NCBI GenBank assembly: GCA_013239625.1
Contig: MU056946.1
Coordinates: 2,728,001-2,792,000 of the forward strand
Length of the DNA: 64,000 nucleotides
From: Lama guanicoe
Lineage: Eukaryota
Direction of reading: 5' to 3'
A program made the position numbers and the translations under genes. Shown here piece after piece: positions 54,052 through 64,000 of this stretch (its first letter is position 1; each line of letters opens with the position of its first letter). The notes under the pieces were generated by a model. The model had not been told where the DNA came from. It ran no database searches and saw only the letters and a list, made by a program, of their open reading frames with translations.

Positions 54052-56110
54052 CACTTTCAGAAACATTCTCTGGTGCAGAAGCACACTTACAGTTGCACCA
54101 GCCTCCAAGAGTTGCAGGTATACACAACATACTTAAGAGTCACGTGAATATTTACTCTCAAATGCATTCTCAGTGGTTCATGCATCCATTTAACATTTAT
54201 TGAGCACCTGCGGGCACCAGGCACCGTTCTAGGTGTTGGGGCTACGGCGGTGAACAAAGCAGAGAAAAATTCCTGCCCTCATGGACCTTATGTCACAATG
54301 GGGACAGATAAATAACATCTATACAATCCGTAACTCTGCACTCAAAGACCAGAGGAATGAGGAGAAGCCAGCAAAGAAGACTGAGAAGAAGTCAACAACA
54401 ACAACAAAAAAAAAACAAAAAAGAAAGAAAAAAAAAGAAGGAAATCCCAGGAGAGTGGGAGCCAAGATAGGCGTTTCAAGGAGCAGCTGTGTTAAATGCT
54501 GCTAATGGGTGACCTAAGATGATGAGCTGGCCGTGGCAACATGAATATGGCCATTGATGGCATGGAGGATAGAGATGGAGATGGACACCTGACCAGAGCG
54601 GGTTCAAGAGAGAAAGTGGGGGAAAGAAATTGGAGACCAGCATTATAAACAATATTTTCTAGGATTTTTTCTATAAAGAGGAGAGAAAGGGCAGTAGCTT
54701 AAGGGTGACTTGGGGCTAAGGCAGATGGGAAAGGACAGTCTGTCGATATGTTTTTAGAAATGATACAGTAGATGGGGAAACCTGGTGAGGACCAAGGAGA
54801 GGGGAGAATTGAGCCATGTCTTTGAGAAAGCAAAGGGTGGAGGATCTGGTGCCGTAATGCAGAAGCTGGCCTTGGCTAGGAGGGCGGAGGAGAAACCGTC
54901 TTCAGACAGGCACACGGTCATACAGCCCTAGACTCAGAGTCCTAAACACACACCTTCATGACACTCTTGGCCCCACACGCACCACCATTACATGCCAGTG
55001 GCCACAGATCCCATATACTTTGGCCACAAACAGCCACACTCACATGGTGGCGGCGGCACAGTGACACACGTAGTCAACTACTCAGGAACATTCGCAGACA
55101 CACACACCCCAGGGCCCTGCAGGGCACTCACTGCTGCTTGCGGCTCAGCTCCTGTTCCTTGTGCACCAGGTCCTGCTTGAGCGAGGCCAGCAGCTCCACA
55201 CTCACGTCCACCTGGCGCGAGAGCTCAGACGCGCGCTCCTCCAGCTCCTCCTTCTCGCGCCCCAGCCGCGCGCTCTCCTGCCGCGCCGTCTCCAGCTCGG
55301 CTGCCTTGCGCTCCAGCTCGGCCTGCAGCCGGCCCACCTGGCCCGCGATCTTCTGCTCCACCTCCTCGCTCAGCCGCTCCAGCCGTCGGTCCACCTCCAG
55401 CTTCTCCAGAGCGCGGATCTTGAGGCGCGCCAGGCCCTCCTCATAAGCCACATCGGCGGGCGAAGGGGACGCGGGCGAGGCGGAGGCCGGTCCGGGGCAG
55501 GGGCCGGGGCCGGGCCCCGGCGGCGGCGTCGAGCACGCCGAGGAGGCCACTGACTTGCGGGCGAACAGCTCCCCCAGCGGGATCTCGATCTCGCGCAGCG
55601 CATATCGCGCGGCGGCGGCGGGCACCAGGCCCGGCTCAGCCAGCTCCTCGCAGGGCAGGCTGGCGGGCACCAGGTCGCCGGGGAAGTGGGCGAGGGGCGC
55701 GTGGTGGTGATGGTGGTGAAGCAGGTGCGGCGCTGCGGGAGACGGTCCAGCCGCCTGCTCCTTGCCCTGGAAGGACGTGCTNNNNNNNNNNNNNNNNNNN
55801 NNNNNNNNNNNNNNNNNNNNNNNNNNNNNNNNNNNNNNNNNNNNNNNNNNNNNNNNNNNNNNNNNNNNNNNNNNNNNNNNNNNNNNNNNNNNNNNNNNNN
55901 NNNNNNNNNNNNNNNNNNNNNNNNNNNNNNNNNNNNNNNNNNNNNNNNNNNNNNNNNNNNNNNNNNNNNNNNNNNNNNNNNNNNNNNNNNNNNNNNNNNN
56001 NNNNNNNNNNNNNNNNNNNNNNNNNNNNNNNNNNNNNNNNNNNNNNNNNNNNNNNNNNNNNNNNNNNNNNNNNNNNNNNNNNNNNNNNNNNNNNNNNNNA
56101 GCGAGGCCAT
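46867..56110 (-). CDS. FBXO41: F-box only protein 41; complement(join(55132..56110 [gap 55782-56099],53383..53611,52824..52897,52212..52570,51162..51403,50845..50928 [appears 32 nt short],50572..50724,50317..50412,48791..48909,48457..48615,47062..47177,46867..46929))
   Basis: MAS start in gccATGg context, His6 tract, coiled coil (EEGLARLKIRALEKLEVDRRLERL...), F-box (MRAALFCIFTYLDTRTLLHAAEVCRDWRFVARHPAVW) and LRR-like C-terminus ending KILHIKVEGGC*. Phases are consistent at every junction except coding exon 6/7 (see findings). Confidence 0.94.
54021..54054. repeat. (AC)n microsatellite
   Basis: About 17 units with one interruption. Confidence 0.9.
54170..54890 (-). mobile_element. L2 LINE remnant in FBXO41 intron
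   Basis: Starts with a reverse-complement L2 tail (catttaacatttattgagcacctgcgggcaccaggcaccgttctaggtgttggg), followed by a purine-rich body. Confidence 0.65.
55782..56099. other. Assembly gap (318 N) in GC-rich FBXO41 first coding exon
   Basis: Run of N inside a CpG island. Confidence 0.99.
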
Positions 56111-56250
56111 GGCCCCAACGCCCCCGCGGCGCCCGGGCTCCACCGCGGCCGCCCTGCGGGTCAGCCGGGCGCGCTCATGGGGGGCCGCGGGCGAGCCCCT
56201 CTGAGGGGTCAGGCAGGCTCAGGGCGCTGGCGGCCGGGGGCCAGGAGGCT
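56111..56250 (-). other. FBXO41: FBXO41 5' UTR portion of first coding exon with splice acceptor at 56249-56250
   Basis: Minus strand cctgctccctctcttctag|cctcctgg, 138 nt upstream of the ATG. Implies an upstream non-coding exon, probably beyond the window. Confidence 0.7.
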
Positions 56251-56484
56251 AGAAGAGAGGGAGCAGGCCTTAGGAGGGTGGTATCCCTCCCCACCTCCAA
56301 CCCGTATCCTCCACCCGTGACGAAACTGACTTCCCCAGAAAACAAGAGCCCAGAAGAGAGGGGTGAGAGGGGACCAATTGCCAGCCCTCCCACTGGGGAC
56401 TGGCCTGCGGCACCCGTGCGAGGGCTGTGCGCATATGAGAGCGAGAAAGAATGAGAATTCTCTAAGGAGGAAAAAAAAAGGCAT

Positions 56485-56922
56485 TAGTTTTATTTATAAT
56501 AGTTCCAACCTGGACATAACGGAAGTACTCGTCACCAGCAGAATGGATAAATTCTGGTATATTCATAATGGGATGTTACCCAGCAATAAGAAAAGGGACT
56601 ACTGTACATGCAACAACATGGGTGAATCCAATGGATATTATGCTGCATGAAAGAAGCCAGACCATAGTGCATACTGTAGGATTCTATATATATGGAGTTC
56701 AAGAACAGACTAAATCGATGATGACAGAAATCAGAATAAAGTTTACCCTGGGGCCTATATGGACTGGGAAGGGGCAGGAGGGAACCTTATGTGATGCTGA
56801 AAATGTCTCTATCTTGGTATGAGTGGTGGTTATACAGGTTATACAGTTAATACACTTAATACACTTATAATTAGTGCACTATATGTACTTGGCTGTATGT
56901 ACGTTACATCTCAAAAAAAAAA
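56485..56922 (+). mobile_element. Old L1 (L1M) 3' end
   Basis: gaatggataaattctggtatattcat...cagcaataagaaa...atgcaacaacatgggtgaatc...gaaagaagccagac... ending in an A-tail. Confidence 0.75.
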
Positions 56923-57628
56923 TCCTTAAAAGAAGATGCTTATTTATGTCCATGTCACGCAAACTACACTCATCAGACCAGCTGGACAAATGGTACCATG
57001 TTGCAGTGACCAAGATATAACCTCACCTGAAGATACCTATGTGCATGTCACTGTTTGTTCCTGTTCCTGCTTCTGGGCCACACCCTTCCATCCCTGCCCT
57101 GCCCTTTGCTCCAAGGGCCATATTTGTCTTCTTCATTCCCCTTCTGGCACAAGTCACCACCATTCCCGGCATCCCACCCCTGGTCACCCACAACTCCTGC
57201 TGCCCATTCCCCCTCATCTCTGGCTTCCAGTCATTCTTCCCCTGCCTTGTGGGGTCTCTACCCTATTCCTCACTGCCATCCTCTTCCCAACTGCCTGCAA
57301 TTGGGCTTCAACCACCACCTGCTGTCACTGTGCTCCCCCAGGTCACAGACCACTTGCTAATCAGACGATGCATCAAGGGTCTTCACCTAGTTGGTCCCTT
57401 GGATGGTCCTATTGCAATGAAGCTGCCCAGTTTGGGTTCTCTGACCTCCTCTTCTTGCTACCTCCTGATGGGAGGTCTGCCTTCATGCCCCTCTTAGCCT
57501 CTACCCTCTTCCAGGTAGTCTGGTTCACTCCCATAGTCTGGTTCACTCACATCCTTAAGCCTTGCCTCTCAGCTCTACCTCTCCATCCTTACCTATCCTG
57601 GAGCTCCATTTGCCTTCTGGCATTTCTA

Positions 57629-60052
57629 TGTGGATGTCTGTTCCCTTTGCCACCCCTGCACCCAGTCCTCCTCCTGGTAAAAGCACCCTGCTTTGGCCCT
57701 TGGGAACCATCTTTCCCTCCCTACTCTCTCAGTCCATGTGGTTTGGGTAGGAGTTGACGGTCCACCCCTGATTCCAGGGGTAAGAATGTGATATTGGCCT
57801 GGCCAAACAGAGTCCTGGGGTGGGCACACATTACCCAACTTGAGTCAGCGAGTCATTTCTCCAGGACTTCTCTGGCACTACTGGGAAAGCATCCTCTTTG
57901 GGCTCAGGTTTCTAAGCGGATGGGGAGGGCCAGGGTGGAGAGGGCCAATCTCTGTCTCCTTTGGGACAAACCACCTGGGAATGGAGCCAACACGAAGCAG
58001 AACTGAGATGGAGGAAGAGAGATTCCTCACACTCTGAGATCCTCGTCTGTTCAGTGGTGTGAGTCAATCAATTCCCTTTTTTGCTTAAGCCAGTTGGAGT
58101 TTGGTCTGTCTTACTTATACTAGGAAGAAGTCCAAACTCAGAAATTAGAATCAGAAATGGAATTTTTTTTAAAGCACAGATCCTAAGAAGGAATTAGCTG
58201 AACTAAGTCGGGGAGTTAAGAGTGTACCACTCCCCCTACTCAGAAGCTGGTGAACCCCATCTACACAGCTACACAGAAACAAAGCAGCTGATTAAACTCT
58301 TCTACCGCCTCTAGAACTCAGATGTTCCTACCAAGGCTGGAACTTTAGGGGACTTGTATAAAAATATCACCATGCTGGGGTGCGGATTTTCCCAGGGACT
58401 TCAGAAAGGTCCAGCAAGAAAGAGACACACTGTGGCTGAAAGAGGCCCATCTAAAAGCAGAGAGGAAGAAAATGCGGCTTTGCTCAGAGAGGCCCTTTCT
58501 GCCTGAGGCCAGTAATCCAATATGGCTGAGAGTCAGATAATTAAGAGCCAGTCCTCTGCTTCTAGCTAAAGTCAGCTCAAGCAAAGACAGGCAGGCTGGA
58601 AACACAGAGGGAGACAAACCTGGGGCCTGACAGGCTACGGACTCCTCAGGCTCTCTTGAACCCCTCTGGCTACACTCTCCCAGCTCAACAGAGGCAGCCA
58701 TTGCCCAACACAAGCAACCTTCCACTGGGATGCAGCTTGAGTGAGGAGGAGCAAATGGACCCTGCCTCTCACCGTAGGCTAGGCGTTGCATTGGCCGGCG
58801 GCAGAGGCCTAGCTCCAGCCACGTAACTGAGCGCTCCTGGGACAGGCAGAGGACCCAGGCCTGTTGCTAAGAGACAACTCCTCTTCCTCCCCCAACACCA
58901 TCACCAGGGACTTGATTCAAGAATTACAACTTTCAGTGAGGTCTCTAGTTTGGTTAATAGCTCTGGGGATGGCTGAATGTAAATTGACTGAGAGCTTCCT
59001 AATGATTAAGGGTATTGTATTGCCAGGAAAAAAACCACAAACCTGGAAAACAAAGGCCAGAGATTACTCAGCCCCTAGAGTTTCCCACCCCTAAACCTGC
59101 ACCCATGGAAGATGACCCCTCAAAGCCCCTTTCCTGTACAGCCACGGAGCATGAAAGGCAGGGGAGGCTCTCAGAGACAGCAGGACCAGAGCAGCCGACA
59201 GGCAGGCCAGGGAACCTTGTCCACACCGAGTGGTCGAGCATGTGAACCACGCTATGGACCTGTGATCCCTGAGTGTTTTATCTCATCTCCCTTCTTCAAC
59301 TGGGAAGGGTTTTGTTCTTTCAGCTATCCCATTTTCCCTCCATCATTGTCGTTTGGCCATAAATTGAAAGACCATGAGGGCCTGGCTCAGTATCATGACA
59401 GACAGACAGCCCATCACCAAGATCTTGAGTTGGGGCTGGGCAGGGTAAGTGGGTGAGAACTTGGAACATCTCCTTCCAGAGATGGGACAGGTGTGTTTTA
59501 AGTTTTTGTGACAGATACTTGCATTATGATAAACAGAAAAAAATTTTTTAATTATAGGAGGATAGAGATCTGTCTAGATCTTGGACAGAGGTGGAAGACA
59601 GTGGACATTTATTGTTTTAGCTGCTCAGCTCCAGTCCCCCTTTGTGGTTGGACCCCCCGCCCCCCATTTTCCCTTGGAAAACCTCTCCCTACTCTGAGTT
59701 TATGCTGACCCCACCCCCTGACTCCAGGGGAGCGCACGTGACCTTGGCCTGTCCATCAGTCACAGTTATCATTAGTTACTGACTGGGTGCGTTTCTTCGG
59801 CCAGGCGGATCCAGCCACTCCAGGATCTGTGCTCAGCTGGCAGAATATGAGCCCAGAGCTGCTGGTGGCCATTTCTGTCCTCTCTTTGGGGAAGAAGAAG
59901 AAAAAGACTAGAGATGACATCCCTTGAGCACCCAGATCCAGATATGCCTAAAACTTTAACCCAGGACTTGTCAATTGTGGGAGGTGGCAAAAAATTTTTA
60001 TAGCTTAAATCATTTGAGTCAGTTGCCAGTAAAGACACTCTAGACTGAGACA
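57629..60052 (+). mobile_element. Old MaLR (MLT1-like) element: LTR ~57629-58140, internal ~58141-59598, LTR ~59599-60052
   Basis: Two similar direct repeats share gtgga..., cccttgg(g/a)aacc...ccctactct, cccctga(t/c)tccagggg...gtga..ttggcctg.cca and the gcttaa..ca.tt.gagt end. A purine tract gacagaggtggaagac lies just before the second LTR. Confidence 0.6.
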
Positions 60053-60439
60053 GTGACCCACAGTGTCAAAAATCAAATCTTGGACTTCCCCTCACCCACT
60101 CCCCAGCATCCCTGTTTCCCTCACCAGTGCCACTGTCCTCCCAGTCAACCCGCAGCACTGGCCACCTCGATTTTGCTCTCTGCTAACCAACAAATCATCT
60201 CTGCTGATTCCTCCTTCAAATGCTCACAACACAACAGTTCTTACTCATGCTTTGTGCTCCCCCAATCCCTGGACTGCTGGCCCAGCCTTCAGTCTCTCCA
60301 CTCTCCACCATCCTACACAAGGCACCAGATGCCTCTGTCTCCAGATGACTCCCGCTCATGCTCCTTCAATGGCTCCCATCATTTGTCAGCTGTAGCCAAA
60401 CTTCTCGGCTTAGCGCTTTGGCCTTGAAGTACTCTTGCC

Positions 60440-61680
60440 AATTTGAAAGAGGAAAAATAGCCTAGCTGTTTCATTTGCATTTCTTTGATTACTAATGGCT
60501 GGACTTTTTTTTCCCCACAATTTGAAGTCATTTATATCTCTTTGGTGACTTGTCTGTGCACTACTTTGCTCCTTTTTTATACTGCGCATTCATCTTTTCT
60601 TATTGATTTGCAAAGACCTTTTATGATATTGATCTTTTGTCATTTATATAACAGACATTTTCTTCTCAAGTGTGTTGACTGGCTTTTACTTTTGTTTACT
60701 GTCTTTATTGACATATTAAAGCTTTAAAGTTTGCTTCGGTAAAATCTTTTGGATTTCTGATTTTGTTGTCAACGCTTAGAAAACCCATCCCCACCCAAGG
60801 GTTGTATAAAGTTATTCGTTTTCTTTTAGCACTTTGTCATCTCAATGTTTTAAAAGTCAAGAAGATTTTTTTTTAAATTAAGGGCTTTAAACAAATAGCC
60901 ATAACACTATAAACTGACAATGATTGGTTAGCATGCAAATTCTTTAGGGTGTGTGGTTTCCTTTTATACACTGGAGTTTTAATCCATCTAGAAATTTTTG
61001 GTATGCATGGTGAGAGAAAGATTCAAAAAACAAACAAACAGCTTTTTGTGATGGGCATTTTAACACATGTTCCAAAATCTAGACAATATGATGGGAAACT
61101 TCTCTGTACTCATCATCCAGCTTCAGCAATTATCAACTCGTGGCCAGTTTTGTTTCATCTGGACACTGTTTCCCGGCTTCACACTTAACCCTACTACTGG
61201 ATAATTTTGAGCAAATCCAAGTTATTGTATTATTTCATCTAAAAATACCTTAGTATAAATAAGACAGGGACTTGAATCTTTTTTGAGAACTATTTAGTTA
61301 CTGTTCTAACATTGTCACCCTTTAGGTATATTAAAACTCAAAAAGTAGCCTTGAGAGATGAATCCAAAAGACGGCTCTCTGAACAGACCAACAAAACAAA
61401 TAGCCCTCTGGCGAATCTATTCAAGGAGAAAAACGAAAGGAAACAAAGACATAATATTATAATGAGAAAAGGGATCTAACCACTGACACAGAGAAGTTTT
61501 TTTTAATTACTGAAATGCGACCAGGTACAACTCTTGGCCCAAATTTTTGAAAATCTGGATGAACTGAGTGCTTTTCTAGGGAAATATAAATTATCAAAAT
61601 TGACTCAAGAAGAAAGAAAAAACCTGAATAGACGAATGACATAGATAAAACTGAAGAAGTTGGCAGAGTGACCAGGGAGA
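60440..61680. mobile_element. Cluster of L1 fragments in both orientations
   Basis: Minus-strand L1-like T-rich text (tttcatttgcatttctttgattactaatg...) and a plus-strand ORF2-like piece (aaattatcaaaattgactcaagaagaaagaaaaaacctgaatagac). Confidence 0.6.
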
Positions 61681-62662
61681 TATTGTAAGTAGCATTTGGT
61701 TCACACACACACAACTGTTCAGGAACAGGGTTATTCTTAACGTACGGTCAGCCTGGTGCCAGAGCACCTGTGTGTGGCTGTCCATCCCAGCTAAGTGCTG
61801 GTCCCTCCTGTGGGAGCATCTTTCAGAGCCGCAGAAGTACTAGCTTACTTCCTCCCCACTTCATGCACTCTCAAAGCACCCTATCCCCGCATAGCACCTT
61901 GCTAGGCAGGCTTCTAGAGAGCAGGGGAAGGGGGTACCCTAGGGGGTGCACGTCTGAGTGTGGGTGTGCAAGCTAGAGGAAGGAAGGGGCTTCTGGGGTC
62001 CAGGTGGCTGCTCACTTGAGGCCACCCCACCCCACAGTTTCCCTCCATCTCTGGGAGCTGAGGAATGACTATGAATCATTCTTAGGAATGTTTCTCCCTA
62101 CATATACCCAGCTCCTCAGCATGAGCATGAAGCTTTGCCTGAATGCAGGCAAGAAGGTGATGGAGGCAGGGAGAGGAGAGGAGAGACAGAAAAAGAAAAA
62201 TAGAAGTATTGTCTATTCAAATTCCATCCCAATCCTGTACTGTGAGCAGCTTGACAGAACAGTCAGAGATTTTCCTTTGCATTCTAGTCTCCCCAAATCA
62301 GCAACCTCTGCAGACCTAAGACCTGCCTCCTTTTCCAGCCTGGCCCTGCCCCCTTGCCATCTTCAGGACCTGTTATCTCTTTCCCCCATCTCAGATGTCT
62401 ATTTCAAGTCTACTTTCTTTTAAGTCCAGATCAAGATTATCTTAGGGTAGAAGAATCAACCAGAGGCATTATCTCTTTTTTTTTGTTTTTTAAGGCTTTC
62501 CAGTGTGTAAGTCTCATCTCCTAAATAAGACCAGCCATCTCAAGCTGTGTCTTCTCTGGCTCCTGTCTACTGTCACGTTTTCACATGTCGACTCTGCCAG
62601 AAACACAGATCATCTTACATTTTCATGGCTTCCACTACCACGTGGTCACTGAGATCTCCTGC

Positions 62663-63205
62663 AGTGGACATTATTATTATTTTTATCTGCTCAGCAAGTC
62701 TTCCTCACCTTCTGGTATCACCAACATCTCATCCTGTTTTTGGTGAGCCGCCCAAAAAGAGGATGTGGTTCTGACAGGGCTGCCAGTCCTAGTAGGGTAG
62801 ACCCAGGCCTGACCAATCACAGCACCCCCGTCTTCCTGGCCATAATGATTCCTCAGGCTGAGCCAACTGAATCCCTCACTGGGAATTTATATGAAAGACC
62901 AAGAAGTCCTCTTGTCCCTGTGGGGTCATATGCTAGGATGACTAAGCTGTCTATGGCCTTGTGTGGCCCCCGCTACCTCATGGAGAAAGCCCTCATGGAG
63001 AAAAAAATGTGGCAACACTCAGAGGGAAGCTGAGTCAAGGGTTAGAGAGAGAGTCCTCACCTGTTTTTGAGAACCTGGGCACAGCTGTGCCCAAGACCCA
63101 CTCATCCTTCTTCTTTCTGGTTACATGAATGAGTACCTATCCTTTTTGACTTAAAATAGTTTGGGTTGGATTTCTATCACTTGCAATCAAAAGTCTTAAC
63201 TAATA
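62663..63205 (+). mobile_element. Solo MLT1-like LTR
   Basis: agtggacatt...ctgctcagc start, gacccaggcctgaccaatcacagc core and ttaaaatagtttgggttggatttctatcacttgcaatcaaaagtcttaactaata end. Confidence 0.6.
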
Positions 63206-63269
63206 CTCTTGCAAATCTGTATTCCTAACCTAGAATTCCCTCCTAAACTCTATCCAAACACACATATAT

Positions 63270-63650
63270 TTAATGTACATTTACTGAGTCCCTGCTCTGT
63301 GCCATGAAATATACCAGATGCTGTGCTAGATATGCCACGGACACACAGACCAACACGGTCCAGTCCTTGCCCTCAAGCAGCTTGTGATTTCCTGGGACGG
63401 ACAAAGCATTGGACAATATAGTCATGACATAAACGCTATGCCAGAGACTGGCAAGGTCTATACTTAGCTTGAGGAAATGGGGGGTTGGGGAACCCCCAGA
63501 TGTGGTAGTATCTAGGCTGACTCTTGATGAGCAAAGTAAAGTTGTCAGGTGAGGAAGGGTAATTATTGAAGTTGGGGAGGGCAAGAAAGGCATCCTGAGT
63601 AGCAGAAACAGCATGTACAAAGGCAAGGAAGTGAGAAAGGGGATGCTTCC
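63270..63650 (-). mobile_element. L2 remnant
   Basis: acatttactgagtccctgctctgtgcc...gtccttgccctcaagcagctt...agcagaaacagcatgtacaaaggc. Confidence 0.55.
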
Positions 63651-64000
63651 CCTGGGGAAGGAAAATGGAAGCTCAGAGAAGGGAGAGACACTGTTTTTCT
63701 CAATCACTGCTGTTTCCCTAGCACTTAGCAACAGTGCCTGCCACAGGGTAGATGCTCAGTAAGTGTTTGTGGAATGAGGGGATGGCAAGGACTTAATCAG
63801 ATGTAGTTTAGAGAATGGACCACAGAGGGCCAAGGTCAGGAAGAAGGCTATAGGAACACAGCCCTCCACAGAGGTGGAAACTGTCAGCCAAGTAGCAGGA
63901 GTGCAAATGGGGAGAAGGACGGATGTGGGAGCAATTAAGAGAGCGGAGAAGGCTTGGTGACCAAATGACTGCACGGGTATGAAAGGGAGGAGTCATGGAT

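Noticed and set aside
50211-55553. Long + strand ORFs antisense to FBXO41 exons (e.g. 50211..50969, 52581..53213, 53114..53740)
   Set aside because: These are shadow ORFs typical of GC-rich coding sequence, with low-complexity translations.
55782-56110. Frameshift between the FBXO41 ATG and the downstream part of the exon
   Set aside because: The 329-nt distance includes an estimated-length N gap, so frame across it is meaningless.
56936-57757. 273-aa ORF with overlapping ORFs in all three + frames
   Set aside because: C/T-rich, stop-poor sequence running into an LTR, with no recognisable domain or promoter context.

Overview
Mammalian (eutherian) genomic DNA, not prokaryotic. It carries the conserved NOTO(+) - SMYD5(+) - PRADC1(-) - CCT7(+) - FBXO41(-) block, syntenic with human 2p13. 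Two tRNA-Ala-derived SINEs look like the camelid Vic-1 family, so the source is probably alpaca, llama or camel (inference). I rebuilt exon/intron structures by hand from GT-AG boundaries and reading-frame phase. NOTO (3 exons, 263 aa), SMYD5 (13 exons, 417 aa) and CCT7 (12 exons, 543 aa) close perfectly. PRADC1 exons 4-5 and part of the first FBXO41 coding exon fall in N gaps. Most ORFs in the supplied six-frame track are chance or intronic ORFs. I found no convincing new biological system. The best leads are: (1) FBXO41 lacks the 32-nt end of one exon (ESKEEYARSTR) beside a G21 run, giving an apparent frameshift, probably an assembly artefact; (2) an inverted pair of lineage-specific SINEs brackets CCT7 exons 3-8 (circRNA/editing candidate); (3) two N gaps sit over two PRADC1 exons; (4) a candidate frame-compatible alternative exon and a uORF in FBXO41; (5) a DR1 + YY1 element at the SMYD5 start; (6) a MIR-derived NOTO poly(A) signal; (7) an old LTR-internal-LTR MaLR element. 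Repeat family names and comparisons to human proteins are from memory of consensus/orthologue sequences, not from database searches.
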